Positions 26,006-38,515 of a stretch of 64,000 nt of DNA are shown piece by piece; the first letter of the stretch is position 1, and each line of letters starts with the position of its first letter. The stretch spans positions 93,691,488 through 93,755,487 of the forward strand of contig NC_092379.1 in the NCBI RefSeq assembly GCF_030028105.1. Direction: 5' to 3'. Under the pieces are notes generated by a model. That model made no database searches, was not told the DNA's origin, and saw only the letters and a program-made list of their open reading frames with translations. The position numbers and the translations under genes are program-made. Source of the DNA: Mobula birostris (lineage: Eukaryota).

Positions 26006-26807
26006 ATGTCACAGTTACAGCCAACGTCAAGTTTAAGCCTACAGGGTAATCTTGCTGAGAACTGGAAAATATGGATCCAGAAGTTTGGGCTGTTTTGCAC
26101 CGCTAGCGGCGTAGCTGTAAAGACGGGGAAAGTGCAGTGTGCTACGTTTCTGCATGTGGCGGGAGAAGAGGCAATAAAAGTTTGCAACACGTTTGTCTTC
26201 CAAGATGATGAGCAAGATAAAATTGAAATGATGAAGAAAAAGTTTCAAGATTACTGCGAACCGAGAAAAAACCTACCGTACATCCGACACGTTCTTTATG
26301 TGGGCTCAAGGACCAATAGAGACCATAGATGTCTATGTAACAGATTTGAAGAACAAGGCAAAAGACTGTGAGTTCAGACAACTGCATGACTCTTTAATAC
26401 GTGACAGGATTGTATGCAGCATACGAGATGATCAAGTGAGAGGCAGGCTAATAAGAGAGGGAGATCTTACATTAGAAAAGGCGATTGATGTTTGCCGTGC
26501 CAGCGAGATCACGTCAAGTCAGGTTAAAGTGCTCAATGAAGAGATGGAAGTGCACAAAATAAAACCTGTGAAAACTAACAAGAGTAGGACAAAGCCAGCT
26601 CCACAGGATGATCAAAAGGAAGTTAACTGCAACAGATGTGGTTATAAACATGGATACAGAACATGGCCAGCCTTTGGTCAGACATGCAAGTTATGCCAGA
26701 AAAGAAATCACTTTGCAAAGATGTGCAGATCGAAGGAGACCGCAAGGAAAGTGCATGCTGTAGAACAGAGTGAGGGCAACAGTGACATGTTCATTGGCAC
26801 AGTTTGA
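26006..26807 (+). pseudogene. Gypsy gag (frameshifted) with two zinc knuckles
   Basis: ORFs 26006-26371 and 26298-26807: NWKIWIQKF, LIRDRIVC, LTLEKAIDVCRASE, CNRCGYKH...CKLCQKRNHFAKMC. Confidence 0.88.
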
Positions 26808-27526
26808 AGTGGAACATCAAGAATATTGACAATGCAGAGATGGAGATGAAGATGATTGGACTCAAGATCTGATAATAATCAGGAGGAAAGTAACATTTAA
26901 GCTTGACACTGGGGCAAAGTGCAATGTAATGTCGGCAGAAACATTCAACTCACTGGACATCAGAGGAAAACTGAGAAAATCCACCTGCAAGCTTGTTGCA
27001 TATTTTGGCCACAAGATGGCGCCACTGGGAAAAAAGCGCTCACCTGTGTGTACAAAGGTCAAAATACAAGATCGAGTTTGAAATAATATAGCAACATGTT
27101 CCAGCAATACTGGGCAAAGCAACATGCACAAAGCTAGGCCTGGTAAAATGAATCTGTGGTGTTGAAAAAGAAAATGACATTCTCAAAGACTTTGATGACT
27201 TGTTTTCCGGATTAAGATGTTTACCAGGGACACACCATATCCAGATTGATCCAACTATTGCACCAGTCATTCATGCCCCGAGAAAGATTCCAGTAGCTCT
27301 CAGGGATCAAGTAGTGGAGGAGCTACACAGAATGGAACAGATGGGAGTCATAACAAGACAAATAGAACCGACCGACTGGGTGAATAGTATGGTGACAGTG
27401 GTCACAGAAAAAAAGACGAGGATTTGCATGGACCCACAAGATCTCAACCAGAATATCTGGTACAGAATATCTGCTTTGTGTGGACTACTATTCAAAATAT
27501 CCGGAGATCACCAAGTTAAGTGACAC

Positions 27527-28758
27527 ACATCGAAGTTGCTGGTGAACGCAGCAGGCCAGGCAGCATCTCTAGGAAGAGATACAGTTGTCGTTTCGGGCCG
27601 AGACCCTTCGTCAGGACTAACTGAAGGAAGAGCTAGTAAGAGATTTGAAAGGGGGAGGGGGAGATCCAAAATGATAGGAGAAGACAGGAGGGGGAGGGAT
27701 GGAGCCAAGAGCTGGACAGGTGATAGGCAAAAGGGATATGAGAGGATCATGGGACAGGAGGCCCAGGGAGAAGGAAAAGGGGGGGGAACCCAGAGGGTGG
27801 GCAAGGGGTATAGTCAGAGGGACAGAGGGAGAAAAAGGAGAGAGAGAGAAAGAACGTGTGTATATAAATAAATAACGGATGGGGTATGAGGGGGAGGTGG
27901 GGCATTAGCAAAAGTTAGAGAAGTCAATGTTCATGCCATCAGTTTGGAGGCTACCCAGACGGAATTTAAGGTGTTGTTCCTCCAACCTGAATGTGGCTTC
28001 ACCTTTACAGTAGAGGAGGCCGTGGATAGACATATCAGAATGGGAATGGGATGTGGAATTAAAATATGTGGCCACTGGGAGATCCTGCTTTCTCTGGTGG
28101 ATGGAACGTAGGTGTTCAGCAAAACAATCTCCCAGTCTGCAGGATCTCCCAGTGGCCACACATTTTAATTCCACATCCCATTCCCATTCTGATATGTCTA
28201 TCCACGGCCTCCTCTACTGTAAAGATGAAGCCACACTCAGGTTGGAGGAACAACTCCTTATATTCCATCTGTGTAGCCTCCAACCTGATGGCATGAACAT
28301 TGACTTCTCTAACTTCCGCTAATGCCCCACATCCCCCTCGTACCCCATCCGTTATTTATTTATATACATAGATTCTTTTTCTCCCTCTCCCTTTTCTCCC
28401 TCTGTCCTTCTCACTATACCCCTTGCCCATCCTCCGGGTTTTTAACCCCTCCCCCTTTTCCTTCTCCCTGGGCCTCCTGTCCCATGATCCTCTCATATCC
28501 CTTTTGCCAATCAACTGTCCAGCTCTTGGCTCCATCCCTCCCCCTCCTGTCTTCTCCTATCATTTTGGATCTCCCCCTCCCCCTCCCACTTTCAAATCTC
28601 TTACTAACTCTTCCTTCAGTTAGTCCTGACGAAGGGTCGCGGCCCGAAACGTCGACTGTACCTCTTCCTAGAGATGCTGCCTGGCCTGCTGCGTTCACCA
28701 GCAACTTTGATGTGTGTTGCTTGAATTTCCAGCATCTGCAGAATTCCTCGTGCTTGCG
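27527..28758. mobile_element. Penelope-like inverted (head-to-head) dimer inserted into Gypsy integrase
   Basis: 14-bp TSD AAGTTAAGTGACAC (27513-26 / 28759-72). Minus arm to about 28138, plus arm from 28139. Both encode the GIY-YIG C-terminus DLPVATHFN...RLEEQ...QPDGMNIDF. Confidence 0.9.
28622..28657 (+). ncRNA. Minimal type I hammerhead ribozyme motif, intact core
   Basis: AGTC CTGACGA AGGGTCGCGGCCC GAAA CGTC GACT. Confidence 0.8.
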
Positions 28759-29583
28759 AAGTTAAGTGACACGTCCAGTCGAGGTGTCATTACCGCAATA
28801 AAGTCGACATTCGCAAGACATGGTATTCCAGATATTGTCGTTAGTGACAATGGTCCACAATATGCCAGTGGTGAGTTCAGAGGGTTCTCAGAAAGCTGGG
28901 AATTTCAACATGTTACTTCCAGTCCAGGGCACTCTCAGTCTAATGGACAAGCAGAGAGAACTGTACAAGCTGTCAAGAACATGCTCAAGATGGCACAAAG
29001 CAGCAACGGTGACCCTTACATTGCTCTGCTTGAATACCGCAACACACTGATTGAGGGTGTGGGGTTCTCTCCTGTACAGCTGTTGATGGGACGTCATCCG
29101 AAGTCCAAACTGCCAACATCCACAACTCTACTGACTCCTGAAGGTAATCCTCAAGTATATGACAAGCAAAAGTACAAGCAAATAAAGCAAGAGAGTTACT
29201 ATGACAGACATACAAGACAGTTGCCAGATCTGCATACAGGTGAAAATGTCAGAATACAAAGAGGAGACATTTGGCAACCAACTGTGGTTGTGAACAGACA
29301 TCAGCAACCGAGATCCTTCATAGTTCGCACGTCGGATGGAAGAGTCTACAGGAGGAACAGGAAGTATCTACTGAAGACAGGCGAGAGGGAGTTTCCACAT
29401 ACAGATGCACAGGACATTTCCACATATACAGACATGGAAACAAATGACACCAAGAGTGATGCAGACCCCAAAGACACAGAGGTCACTCGAGAGACTGACA
29501 CTGATGAAGGACAAGCACAGTCACAGTTGTATCACACACGGTCTGGGAGACAAGTCAAACTTCCAGCTAGATACAGAGACTAG
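28759..29583 (+). pseudogene. Gypsy integrase (DDE core and C-terminus)
   Basis: FARHGIPDIVVSDNGPQY...SNGQAERTVQ...ALLEYRNT...YRRNR. The first catalytic Asp segment (LLCVDYYSKYPEITKLSDT) lies at about 27462-27526, on the other side of the insertion. Confidence 0.9.
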
Positions 29584-29977
29584 ACATACAGTTTGAGGCA
29601 AAGTCACACATGTCATAAGTTCCAAGGTGTGAAATAAAAGGTTTATTAGTCTATGTTAGTAAAAGAAAATACACTGCTGTTAGTATTGTAAGATACAATG
29701 CAGAATACAGTACAAGAAGTTAAGATGTTTTAGCTTATGTCATGGTTGTTGCACTGTGAGAAGGGCATACCTAGAGGCATTGTTTTGGTAATTCACAGTG
29801 TTGTAAAAAAAATCTTGAGAAGGGGGATGTAATGTATTGTGTGAGTATTCGTAGTGTCAGAGTGCGTATGACGTCAGGATGTGGAGAAGTAAAAAATGGA
29901 AGTCTGGTGAATAAACGTGGTTGTTCAATTTACAGCGGTGTCTGAGTCACATCAATATTACATGTAGCTCTTTATTA

Positions 29978-29988
29978 GAGAGAGAGAT

Positions 29989-30031
<43 letters not shown>

Positions 30032-30032
30032 G
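29978..30032. repeat. (AG)n microsatellite
   Basis: About 55 bp of AG/AGAT repeats. Confidence 0.9.
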
Positions 30033-31417
30033 CCTGTAGCATGGCAAATTGTTGGGTGAATGACTAGCTTTTGTTGTCTCTTGAGGGCTTTGCTACTGCT
30101 TGCTTGGAGGGTGGTGGGTGTTGATGCTATTTGCTGTAGTGAGGGAGGGGAGAGGGTGGGTTGATGCTTGCTGTTGCTTGTGCATGGGAGGGGGAATAGG
30201 GGGGCTTTAAGGGTTCTATCATTTTTACTGTCACTCGCTCTTTTGGGGTACCCATCTGTTTTCATGGATGTCTGTGAAGGACAAGAATTTCAGGTTGTTT
30301 ATTGTATGCATTCTCTGATATTAAATGGAACATTGAACTATTGGATCCTTAGAATCAATTAGTAGCACAACTTCAGAAATGCTATTAAAACAAGGATAAC
30401 CTCTGGATACTACTTTTTAACCCTAAGATAACCTATGGAGTTTAGTGGATGGTTCAAATGCAACAAAGGACACTTAAAGGTGTTAATTTTCATAACTGAC
30501 ACTTAAAGGGTATTTCAAATTTTATGAAATTAATTTCTTCCTTTATGAAATCTTAGTGTCTTGTTATTATTACTGATCCAGGAGGAGGCAATTCATTCAA
30601 AAAAATGTTGGGTAAATTTCTACCTCAATGCTATCTTCCTGCCCAATCTCCATATTTTTTGATTACTCAAAAATGCAGAAATCTTTTGATCTCAGTCTTG
30701 AATGTAATCGATATCTGAACTTTCGCGGCAGTTTTGGTTTGAGAATTCCAGAGATTTTCCTCCCTCTTAGTGAAGAAATTGCTCACATTATAGTCTAAAA
30801 GCACAGGATTCAAGATGCTTGTTGTTAAATACTCAAAAGAATTCGTTTATTGTTGTTGCGTGTACCAAGGTACAATGAAAAGCTTTTGTTTGTTATACCA
30901 TCCAGATCATTCCATTAATAAGTACATGTTTAAACTTTGAAACAATGCCATTTGCCCATCCTCTTGTCCTTACCAAAGTAACAGGGTAGGTTCGTGTTAA
31001 CCTAATTAAGACTGACCTGATCAAGAGAAACAGTGTTGACTTCATTAAGGCATTCTAACCACTTGATCTGTTTAATACAATTACAAAATATCACCCAGAG
31101 TTGATGTCATTACCAACAGAATGGTATAATTATTAGAAAACAATGAGGGTTGTTGGGAATTATGGAGAAACCCCAGATTTCACACCTTGACCTCAGTTTA
31201 AGGTGGATCTCTTCCAAAAGCCTTTTTTGGCTGCAATTAATTGATGTGCTTTTCTAGTTTGTAAGAATTGTACTGGTGTCTTGAAAATCCTTTGCAGATT
31301 TATAATCTCTGTTAAGAATTTATTCCTTAGATTAAAATGTGCTTCATTTAAAATAATAAAACAGTGATTAATATGATTAATTTGGAAGCACCTCCTTCTT
31401 GATTGAGCTGGGGGGAG

Positions 31418-31860
31418 TTCAAAGTTCAAAGTAAAACTTTTTATCAAAGTACGTATATGTCACCACATACAACTCTGAGATTCTTTTTCCTGCGCGCATA
31501 CTCAACAAATCTATAGAACAGTAACTGTAAACAGGATCAATGAACAACAAACTGTGCAAATGCAAATATACATAAATAGCAATAAATAATGAGAGCATGA
31601 AAAGACAAGATAAAGAGTCCTTAAAGTGAGATCATTGGTTGTGGAAATACCAGAAGTAGAATGTTGTAGTTATCCTCTTTTGTTCAAGAGACTGATGGTT
31701 GAGGGGTAGTAACTGTTCTTGTTTACAGTTTACAGATCGTGTTCACAGCTACTTTTCTATAGATTTGCTAAGTACCCAAGCAGAAAAAGAATCTCAGGGT
31801 TGTACGTGGTGATATCTATGTACTCTGATAATAAATTTAAATTTGACCTTGACTTTGAAT
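31418..31860. mobile_element. Inverted pair of Rex-like LINE tails
   Basis: 31418-31532 is roughly the reverse complement of 31721-31859. Confidence 0.65.
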
Positions 31861-32049
31861 TGGCTGAAGACCGGCATCATGCTAGGAACCACTGAACAAC
31901 TGGCTGTAGTATTGTCATTAAATGCTGATTTATTTAACATCTTTGTAACAGTTTAAAAATCATTTATGTTTGAAACCTTGCTGTGTGGTGTTAAGTGGTG
32001 ATGTGAGCAAATGATAATGTGGTCCTTTGATAATCGTTTGAAAGATTCA

Positions 32050-32605
32050 GTTATAGCCGAAGCATACATTCCTAAGGTTCCAGTGTGTGTCTCTAACAGC
32101 CTCTGACAACCAAGTCCAACTCTTGGCCTTCATGTGTGGCTTAGCTATTAGGCCCAGTGGAACTGTTTCTACTGACAAGAGAAAGGGCAACGGCGTACCA
32201 CCGGCACCTCAAAACCAGTTGCTTTGGGCAGGTGGGGCTCTCAGCCTTGGACGGCACCCCACCTAGGAGAAGGAAAACTCTGATTTTAAACCTCCGTTTC
32301 CTTGTGGCCACACCCACCCATGGGAAAGGCTTCGGGAGTAAACCTCAAGGAAGAAATCCAGAGCCGGGGTCCCTAAGGCAGTTTGATGTTGTTTACAGCT
32401 TCACTCTGGCAACCTCTGCGACAACACTGGTGTTAAGCTGTATCGACACTTGCCCTTCCCTTGGATGCGGAGAGGGGAAAGCCACAGCTTGGGCAACAGC
32501 CGGTTCTACAAATTTTCCTGCCCAGGCTTGCACCCTGGAGAGGACACAGTCCACCAGAGGCACAAACCCATGATCCCCTGGGATCGACAGTTGGCCTACT
32601 ACTAC
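32050..32605 (+). mobile_element. RTE-related non-autonomous element (5' UTR-like region and (TAC)n tail)
   Basis: CTAGGAGAAGGAAAACTCTGATTTTAAACC, recalled as an RTE-clade 5' UTR motif; ends CCTACTACTAC. Identification is from memory. Confidence 0.55.
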
Positions 32606-32896
32606 ATGAAGCCTGCAGAAATTTTCAATACAATGATCTCCACTAATATCATTGTAAAACTATTCACACTTGAAGGCCTTCTCTGCTGTGATTATTGACC
32701 GTGTTATATACCGGTAACGCCTAACTTAAAGCTCCAGTCCAAACATGCAGCCACTGGTTCCGGTATAGTTTCTAAATAGTAGTACAGCAGTGGGGCTCAG
32801 CAGTCTTAGGATCAATAGAATCAATTTCTTAAAGAACACTCAGTCCGCAGCAGAACATGGTTAAATCTTTGAGTGTAAGTGGGCCTCTAAATCACA

Positions 32897-33412
32897 GTTC
32901 AAAGTTCAAAGTAAGATTTATTATCTGTGTACATACATGTCACCACATACAACCCCAAAATTCTTCTTTTGTAGGCATACTCAACAAGTCTATAGAACAG
33001 TAACTGTAAACAGGATCAATGTAAGAGCAAGAGCATAGAAGACAACAAACTGATGAAATACAATTATAAGTAAATAGCAATAAATAACGAGAGCATGAAA
33101 TAACAGGATAAAGAGTCCTTAGAGTGAGATCATTGGTTGTGGGAGCATCTCAATAGATGAGTGTAATTATCCCCTTTTGTTCAAGAGCCTGATGTTTGAG
33201 GGGTAGTAACTGTTGTTGGACCTGGTGGTGCGAGTCCTGAGGCTCTTGTACCTGCTACCTGACTGCAACAGTGAGAAAAGAGCATGGCCTGGGTGGTGAG
33301 GATCTTTGATGATGGATGCTGCTTTCTGTTACCATTTCATGTAGATGTGCCCAGTGGTGGTGGGGCTTTACCCATGATGCACCGGGCTGAATCCACGTCC
33401 TTTCGTGGGATT
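32897..33412 (-). mobile_element. Rex1/Babar-like 3' end
   Basis: (TTTGAAC)n tail; same UTR as 31418-31720. Confidence 0.7.
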
Positions 33413-35808
33413 TACTACAATACCAGCATGCGATATAAAAACATGGGTGAGTTGTGACTGATGAACATAACTGGTTTTTCATCCAGAAACATTAATGAAG
33501 CATAGGATGAGGAATAACACCTTTCTTCATTTGATACGGATGACATATCTATAGCACATGTGACTATTCGCCAGACAGGAATGGTCCTTGTCATGGTCCA
33601 CTCAGGTTAAGTGGAAAGAAACTGGTGATCAAACCATTATGATTTCTAGGCCACTTTAGGCATTGTCCCAACAAATTTGCCATTTTCAAACCACACCATC
33701 AACAAACTACTAGAAAAGGTATATGCTTTCACTGGCCATAATTTCTAAACTAACTTGAAGAAAAGTCACTTGGATAAAGGAGGGTACACAACAGATGATC
33801 ATTGCTGGAAGGATTCAGATATGATCATGTAATTTGCATAAATTCACTCCTGAAAGCAACCAGTTTTAAAATGGGGCAAGGCACATGTTGGCATAGTGAT
33901 ATTGATCTATTATCGTTGATAAGTAGCGCTGACTGCAAAATATATATTAATATATTCAAATAGCCAAACAACATCAGGTTTTTAATGTGCAATGATGGTG
34001 GAGTTACGATAAGGAGAATAAAAGAGGATTGAGCAACAGTGAGTTTGGCGTCATGGCGCCTTTAAGATACACTATGCACTGAATTTGGAAACAAAATTGA
34101 ACTTCTTTGATATGCAAGTTTACCATCAAACTGGAAGACTTTCTGACCCAATACTTAATTCACTGAAAGTACACAGGCACACATTACTGTAATGTAAAGG
34201 ACAGTTAGATCTCCATCTTGGTCTCTCCAGTATTTCTTGACAAGGATTACTCAAAATAAATGAACTAAAAGGGAAAAACACTTAATGCTGTATATATTCA
34301 TTTACTGCCCATTACTGTATGCTATATTAAATTTCCATTTCATTTTCAGATCATAACAAAACAAAACTGGTTGGATTCTTGTCAGGAATGTTCATTGGGC
34401 CAGATAGGCCTGTTACTGAGGTGCATTTCCAAATGAAAAGTAAAATACAAATTCTCAACAAATTTTATGCCAAATGAAGTCTTCATTTTACATTTCTTCT
34501 TTGTGTCTTGCATTGTCTTAAGGAAATTATGAAGGTAAAGATTTAATGGCATACTCCCAAATTGAGAACCCTTTCTATTGTTACTTGAAAATATAAATGG
34601 AAGGCTGTTACATCTCACATTTAATTTAGAAGATGCTTATCAAACAACCATTTTATGTAACAGCCTCAACACATAGCTTGCAAAATAAAAATTCTGTAAC
34701 ACGGGCATGTTTTAGCCTGAGAAGTGCAATATATCCACCCATTTTACTGCTTAGGTAGCAAACTCTATGAAAATTTCATAATAGTATTTGCTTATAACAA
34801 AAGTGTGAAGAGAGTAGTCATGGATAATAATTACACTTTGTATTTGTGCATTTGGTGATCATTTGAAATACGTAATGTAATGAGAATGGTTTGGCAGACA
34901 CAAACTTTTCCAGATATTATTCAGAAGTGTTCTAATGGAAAGGGTAACATTTACCACCTTATTATTCCAGCTGTTTTGTTCCCATTTCAATGAGATCCCA
35001 TCCATAATGTTTTATTTATAAATCCATTGTTAAACAATTTATTAAAAAAACATGAAATGAAGAAATTGTGCAACATCTTAAATGGAATAATTAACACATA
35101 ATGCCTGCACAAAACCTCAGAACAGGTGCAATATCATTAATCTGGTCCAAGATATTTAGATAGTAAACAAATTTGGCAGAAATAATTTTTGTGAATATTT
35201 TATTTAAAAGATCAGAAATAATACATTAATTGCCAGTTCAATAATGCTAATGTTTCAAAATAAAATTCAGGTGAGTCATTCGGGGAGGTTAATTATTTTA
35301 AAACTTAATGCACCGAAACCACAAATTGTCCTTTGGAAGTATTTTAATTTAAAAAAGTTAAAGGATCACAATAAGACAATCAGTTCCTCCTCACCCTAAC
35401 CCCTGCCCCAACATGGAAGACTTTCTACCAAAGTTTACAAGACCAATACAAGCAGCAATGTAGTTTTACAGTTTAGGAGTTGAGCTTTTCATTAACTTGT
35501 TTCAGTATACCAGTTGTAGTTCGAGAATTCATCAAAACACTGCACCAGCAAACATCCTCTATCTGGATATCACAGAATATACATGGTTTGGTTTGTAACC
35601 AATGGCTCTTTTACAACCAATAGTGTACTTTCATATTGGGTCTACATCCCAAAAGGACACCAGTCAGATCATGCATGGATTCACTCAAGAGTAAAGAATT
35701 TTTCAAATAGGGCACCAATCATAGCAATGGTTATTTCAAATAATTAAATCTATTTACAACTTGACTGTCAAATAGGTAATACATCAGATATTTGGCTGAC
35801 TGAAACTA

Positions 35809-36144
35809 TCATTCTTTTAATCTTTTGAGGTATGCAAAACTTTGAATTGTAAACTTTATTCCTTCACTCAGACAGATGACAGGTTTATACCCCAGATCTC
35901 TCTTTGCTCTTTCACAACTGTAATAATGGAATGTTCCTGCTAATGCCACTCTCATGGGAGTGAAGGTAGGTTTAAGGGTTAAAAATGGCTTCAGCAGGAA
36001 TAATAAAATTGAGAGCAAGGCAGCCAGGTAATATGCAAACAGGTAAGGTATGTGATACTTTGGACGATCATAATTTAATCCAACCAATAGCTCCGACAAG
36101 AAAGTCCAGAAGGGAATTGGTTCATCGTTTGTGATATGATAAGC
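35809..36144 (-). CDS. NSDHL: NSDHL coding exon 7 (terminal; TM helix and basic C-terminus)
   Basis: [17 protein letters not shown]...[28 protein letters not shown]...LKRLKE*. The seven exons total 1035 nt, or 344 aa. Confidence 0.95.
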   Translation of the reverse strand, partial: AYHITNDEPIPFWTFLSELLVGLNYDRPKYHIPYLFAYYLAALLSILLFLLKPFLTLKPTFTPMRVALAGTFHYYSCERAKRDLGYKPVICLSEGIKFTIQSFAYLKRLKE

Positions 36145-37164
36145 CTATTGGAATAAAAGAGAGTTGAAATCAATGAAGACATTTAAAAACTTTTCTAAAT
36201 CAACTAATCATCATGACAACAATACTGCTAAATGCCAAGTTGCTATAATACTTCCCTTCTTCCTGTGTCCACAATGACAAATAGGAAAGTTAACGGGGGA
36301 GAGGGAAGAATAAGAAAGTGGGAAATTTTTATGATGGCCAAACTAGTTTTAATATTATAGGATTTTGTTTTTAAACGTTGGCCTTAGATTGATGGTGGTA
36401 CTCTTGTCTGAGCCAGGAGATAAGTTTAAGTCCTATTCCAAAGATCTGATTACAAACGAAGAATGCAGTACATTGTTAGAGATAATTACTTTTGTTTAAG
36501 TTATGAAGTTGCCATTTCTATCATCTCAGGATAAATATTTCACAGCACTATGTTGAATAAGGAGCCAAAGAATTCTGTCAATATTCTGGTCATTATCCCT
36601 GAGGTATTACCCATTATCTAGTGTTTCTGGAAGTATCCAAAGCCTTGGTGCCAGTACAGCTCAGGGAGTGAGCTAGGTAATGACATCTTTTTAGTTGACT
36701 GCTTAACTACATTTAAAATCCTTTAAGTTTGATTAATTATGCTTAATTACATTAAATAAAGCTCAAGTATGTTTAATACGCTGAGACTATTTTGTTATAT
36801 TGCTAGTTTAGTTTCACTAATTTTAATCACATCAAGATTGTTTGTATTCCTAATTTCTTAATTAAAGATCAGACTTTGGAGTTGAGCTGTGTTACTGGAT
36901 TGGATTGGAAAGCAAGTCATACAGAATCAACCCCCACCCCGGCCCCCTCTTAATCTCTATGTGGTGTTGGTTTGTTTAAGTGGCCATTACAGTAGGTCTC
37001 CAATTATACAGATTGCATCTATTATTAAAAAAGGCAGTGACAAACTGACATAAGGCTACTGTAGCAATAGAGCAACTCAACCAATTACAGTGAAGCCTTT
37101 AAAGCAATATTACTGTAGTTTGGTTTTGGAAATAATTATGTAGACTCACAATATTAGTCATTAC

Positions 37165-37267
37165 CTTTCCACAGATGTGTGAATTTGAGTGAAGATTTTC
37201 TGCTGCTAGGATTAGCCCATGTACGACGTTATCAACATAGGTAAAATCTACCAGGTTCTTACCATTA
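37165..37267 (-). CDS. NSDHL: NSDHL coding exon 6
   Basis: [25 protein letters not shown]...CGK, 103 bp, AG/GT bounded. Confidence 0.95.
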
Positions 37268-38372
37268 CTGTAAAAGAAACAAGCAGTTACCAGACCATGA
37301 AATAACAACAAACACAACACTACTTACACACGCAAAGTAGCATTAGTGACAGCTATATTACCAATGACAAATGTCCCATCAATGCCCTCTGAGAAACTTG
37401 AATATCTTGAGGACATTATCTGTCCTTTTAAATAACAATCAGGATTAGGTTGATCCCAATCCTATCACAAAAGAAAACCCCTTTCCATTACAGCAATCAG
37501 TCCAGTGAATTAGCACTGCACAACTTCCAAGACAAAAACACACTTCCTTTAGGTATGGAGATCAAATCTAGGCTCAGGCCTCCAAGTGTGTTTTAAATAA
37601 GACCCTGCCGAGATGCTGAAACCTCTACCTTTGTACCCCCACCCTTATGCAATACCATTCCCATTTACTTTATGCATGTTATAAAACCACACAATAAGAT
37701 CCATCTGTGCACCAACATCAAGAAGCCTCTCACCATTGAAAACAGAATGTTATCCTCAATTTTTCTCTACAATAGTGCAAGAAGCTGTTGGCATTTCACT
37801 CTGCAATTGTCATGATTTTTAAAAAATTTCTACTCAAGTATACAAAGACACAGAATCCCAAACATTCTGAAGAATGCTTGCCTGCAATTTCCCAACTACA
37901 CCCCAATACTGGACATCAAAAGGTGTACAAAGGTGGAGTAACTGATTCCTGCTGTTCCTCGGAGTTACACCAGGAATTCTGCCTAGTGAATCTGTCACTG
38001 TGATCCTTTGATTTATGCAAAACCTCATGTGATATCTTAAAATCCAGAAATACCTCATTCAATTGTCCTCCACCCATTATTAATGAGCCTGCAAGTTACA
38101 CCCTCAGACTAACAGGATATTATTTGCCAAACAATTTCCCTTTCATAAAAGCACTCTAATCAGTGCCATCTAAATGGATGTAATCACATACTTAACAACA
38201 GATTTCAGTATTTTGATGACAACTAATCTCAAACAAATTGCTGTATTGTTTACTACTTTCCCATCTCACTTCTAATCCACATTTTATAAATAAGATAATC
38301 CTAACTTCTGACCTTTCCCAAAAGGAGCAAATATTTATTCTGTATGCATTACTACATCCATATATTACCAAC

Positions 38373-38515
38373 CCAATCACAAACTTCATCTTGCCACTCC
38401 TTGCAGCTTGTACAAGGACAGGTACTAAGTGTGGATCTTGTGGTCCAAATATGCCATGAGGACGAATTGCAATTGTCATGAAGTTTTTTTCCGGATCATT
38501 AGCATTGAGAACTTC
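38373..38515 (-). CDS. NSDHL: NSDHL coding exon 5
   Basis: [48 protein letters not shown], 143 bp. tgcag| acceptor, GG|gttggt donor. Confidence 0.95.

Larger units (their letters stand above)
25822..29962 (+). mobile_element. Gypsy/Ty3 (Mag-like) LTR retrotransposon, internally deleted, with nested Penelope-like insertion
   Basis: LTRs 25822-25956 and 29828-29962 (135 bp, TGTAAT...ATTACA, 6 mismatches). TSD TGTAG (25817-21 / 29963-67). PBS TGGTGTCAGAAG at 25957. PPT GAGAAGGGGGA before the 3' LTR. Remnants of gag, protease (FKLDTGA), RT start and integrase. Confidence 0.95.

Noticed and set aside
27508-28765. Repeated ORFs MLVNAAGQAAS... and ...DAAWPAAFTSNF (also at 45625, 57252, 57912)
   Set aside because: Chance translations of the non-coding Penelope 3' module, not a gene family.
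33420-35800. Repeat-poor AT-rich stretch downstream of NSDHL, possibly a hidden gene or long 3' UTR
   Set aside because: No recognisable coding or RNA motif; several possible poly(A) signals cannot be ranked from sequence alone.
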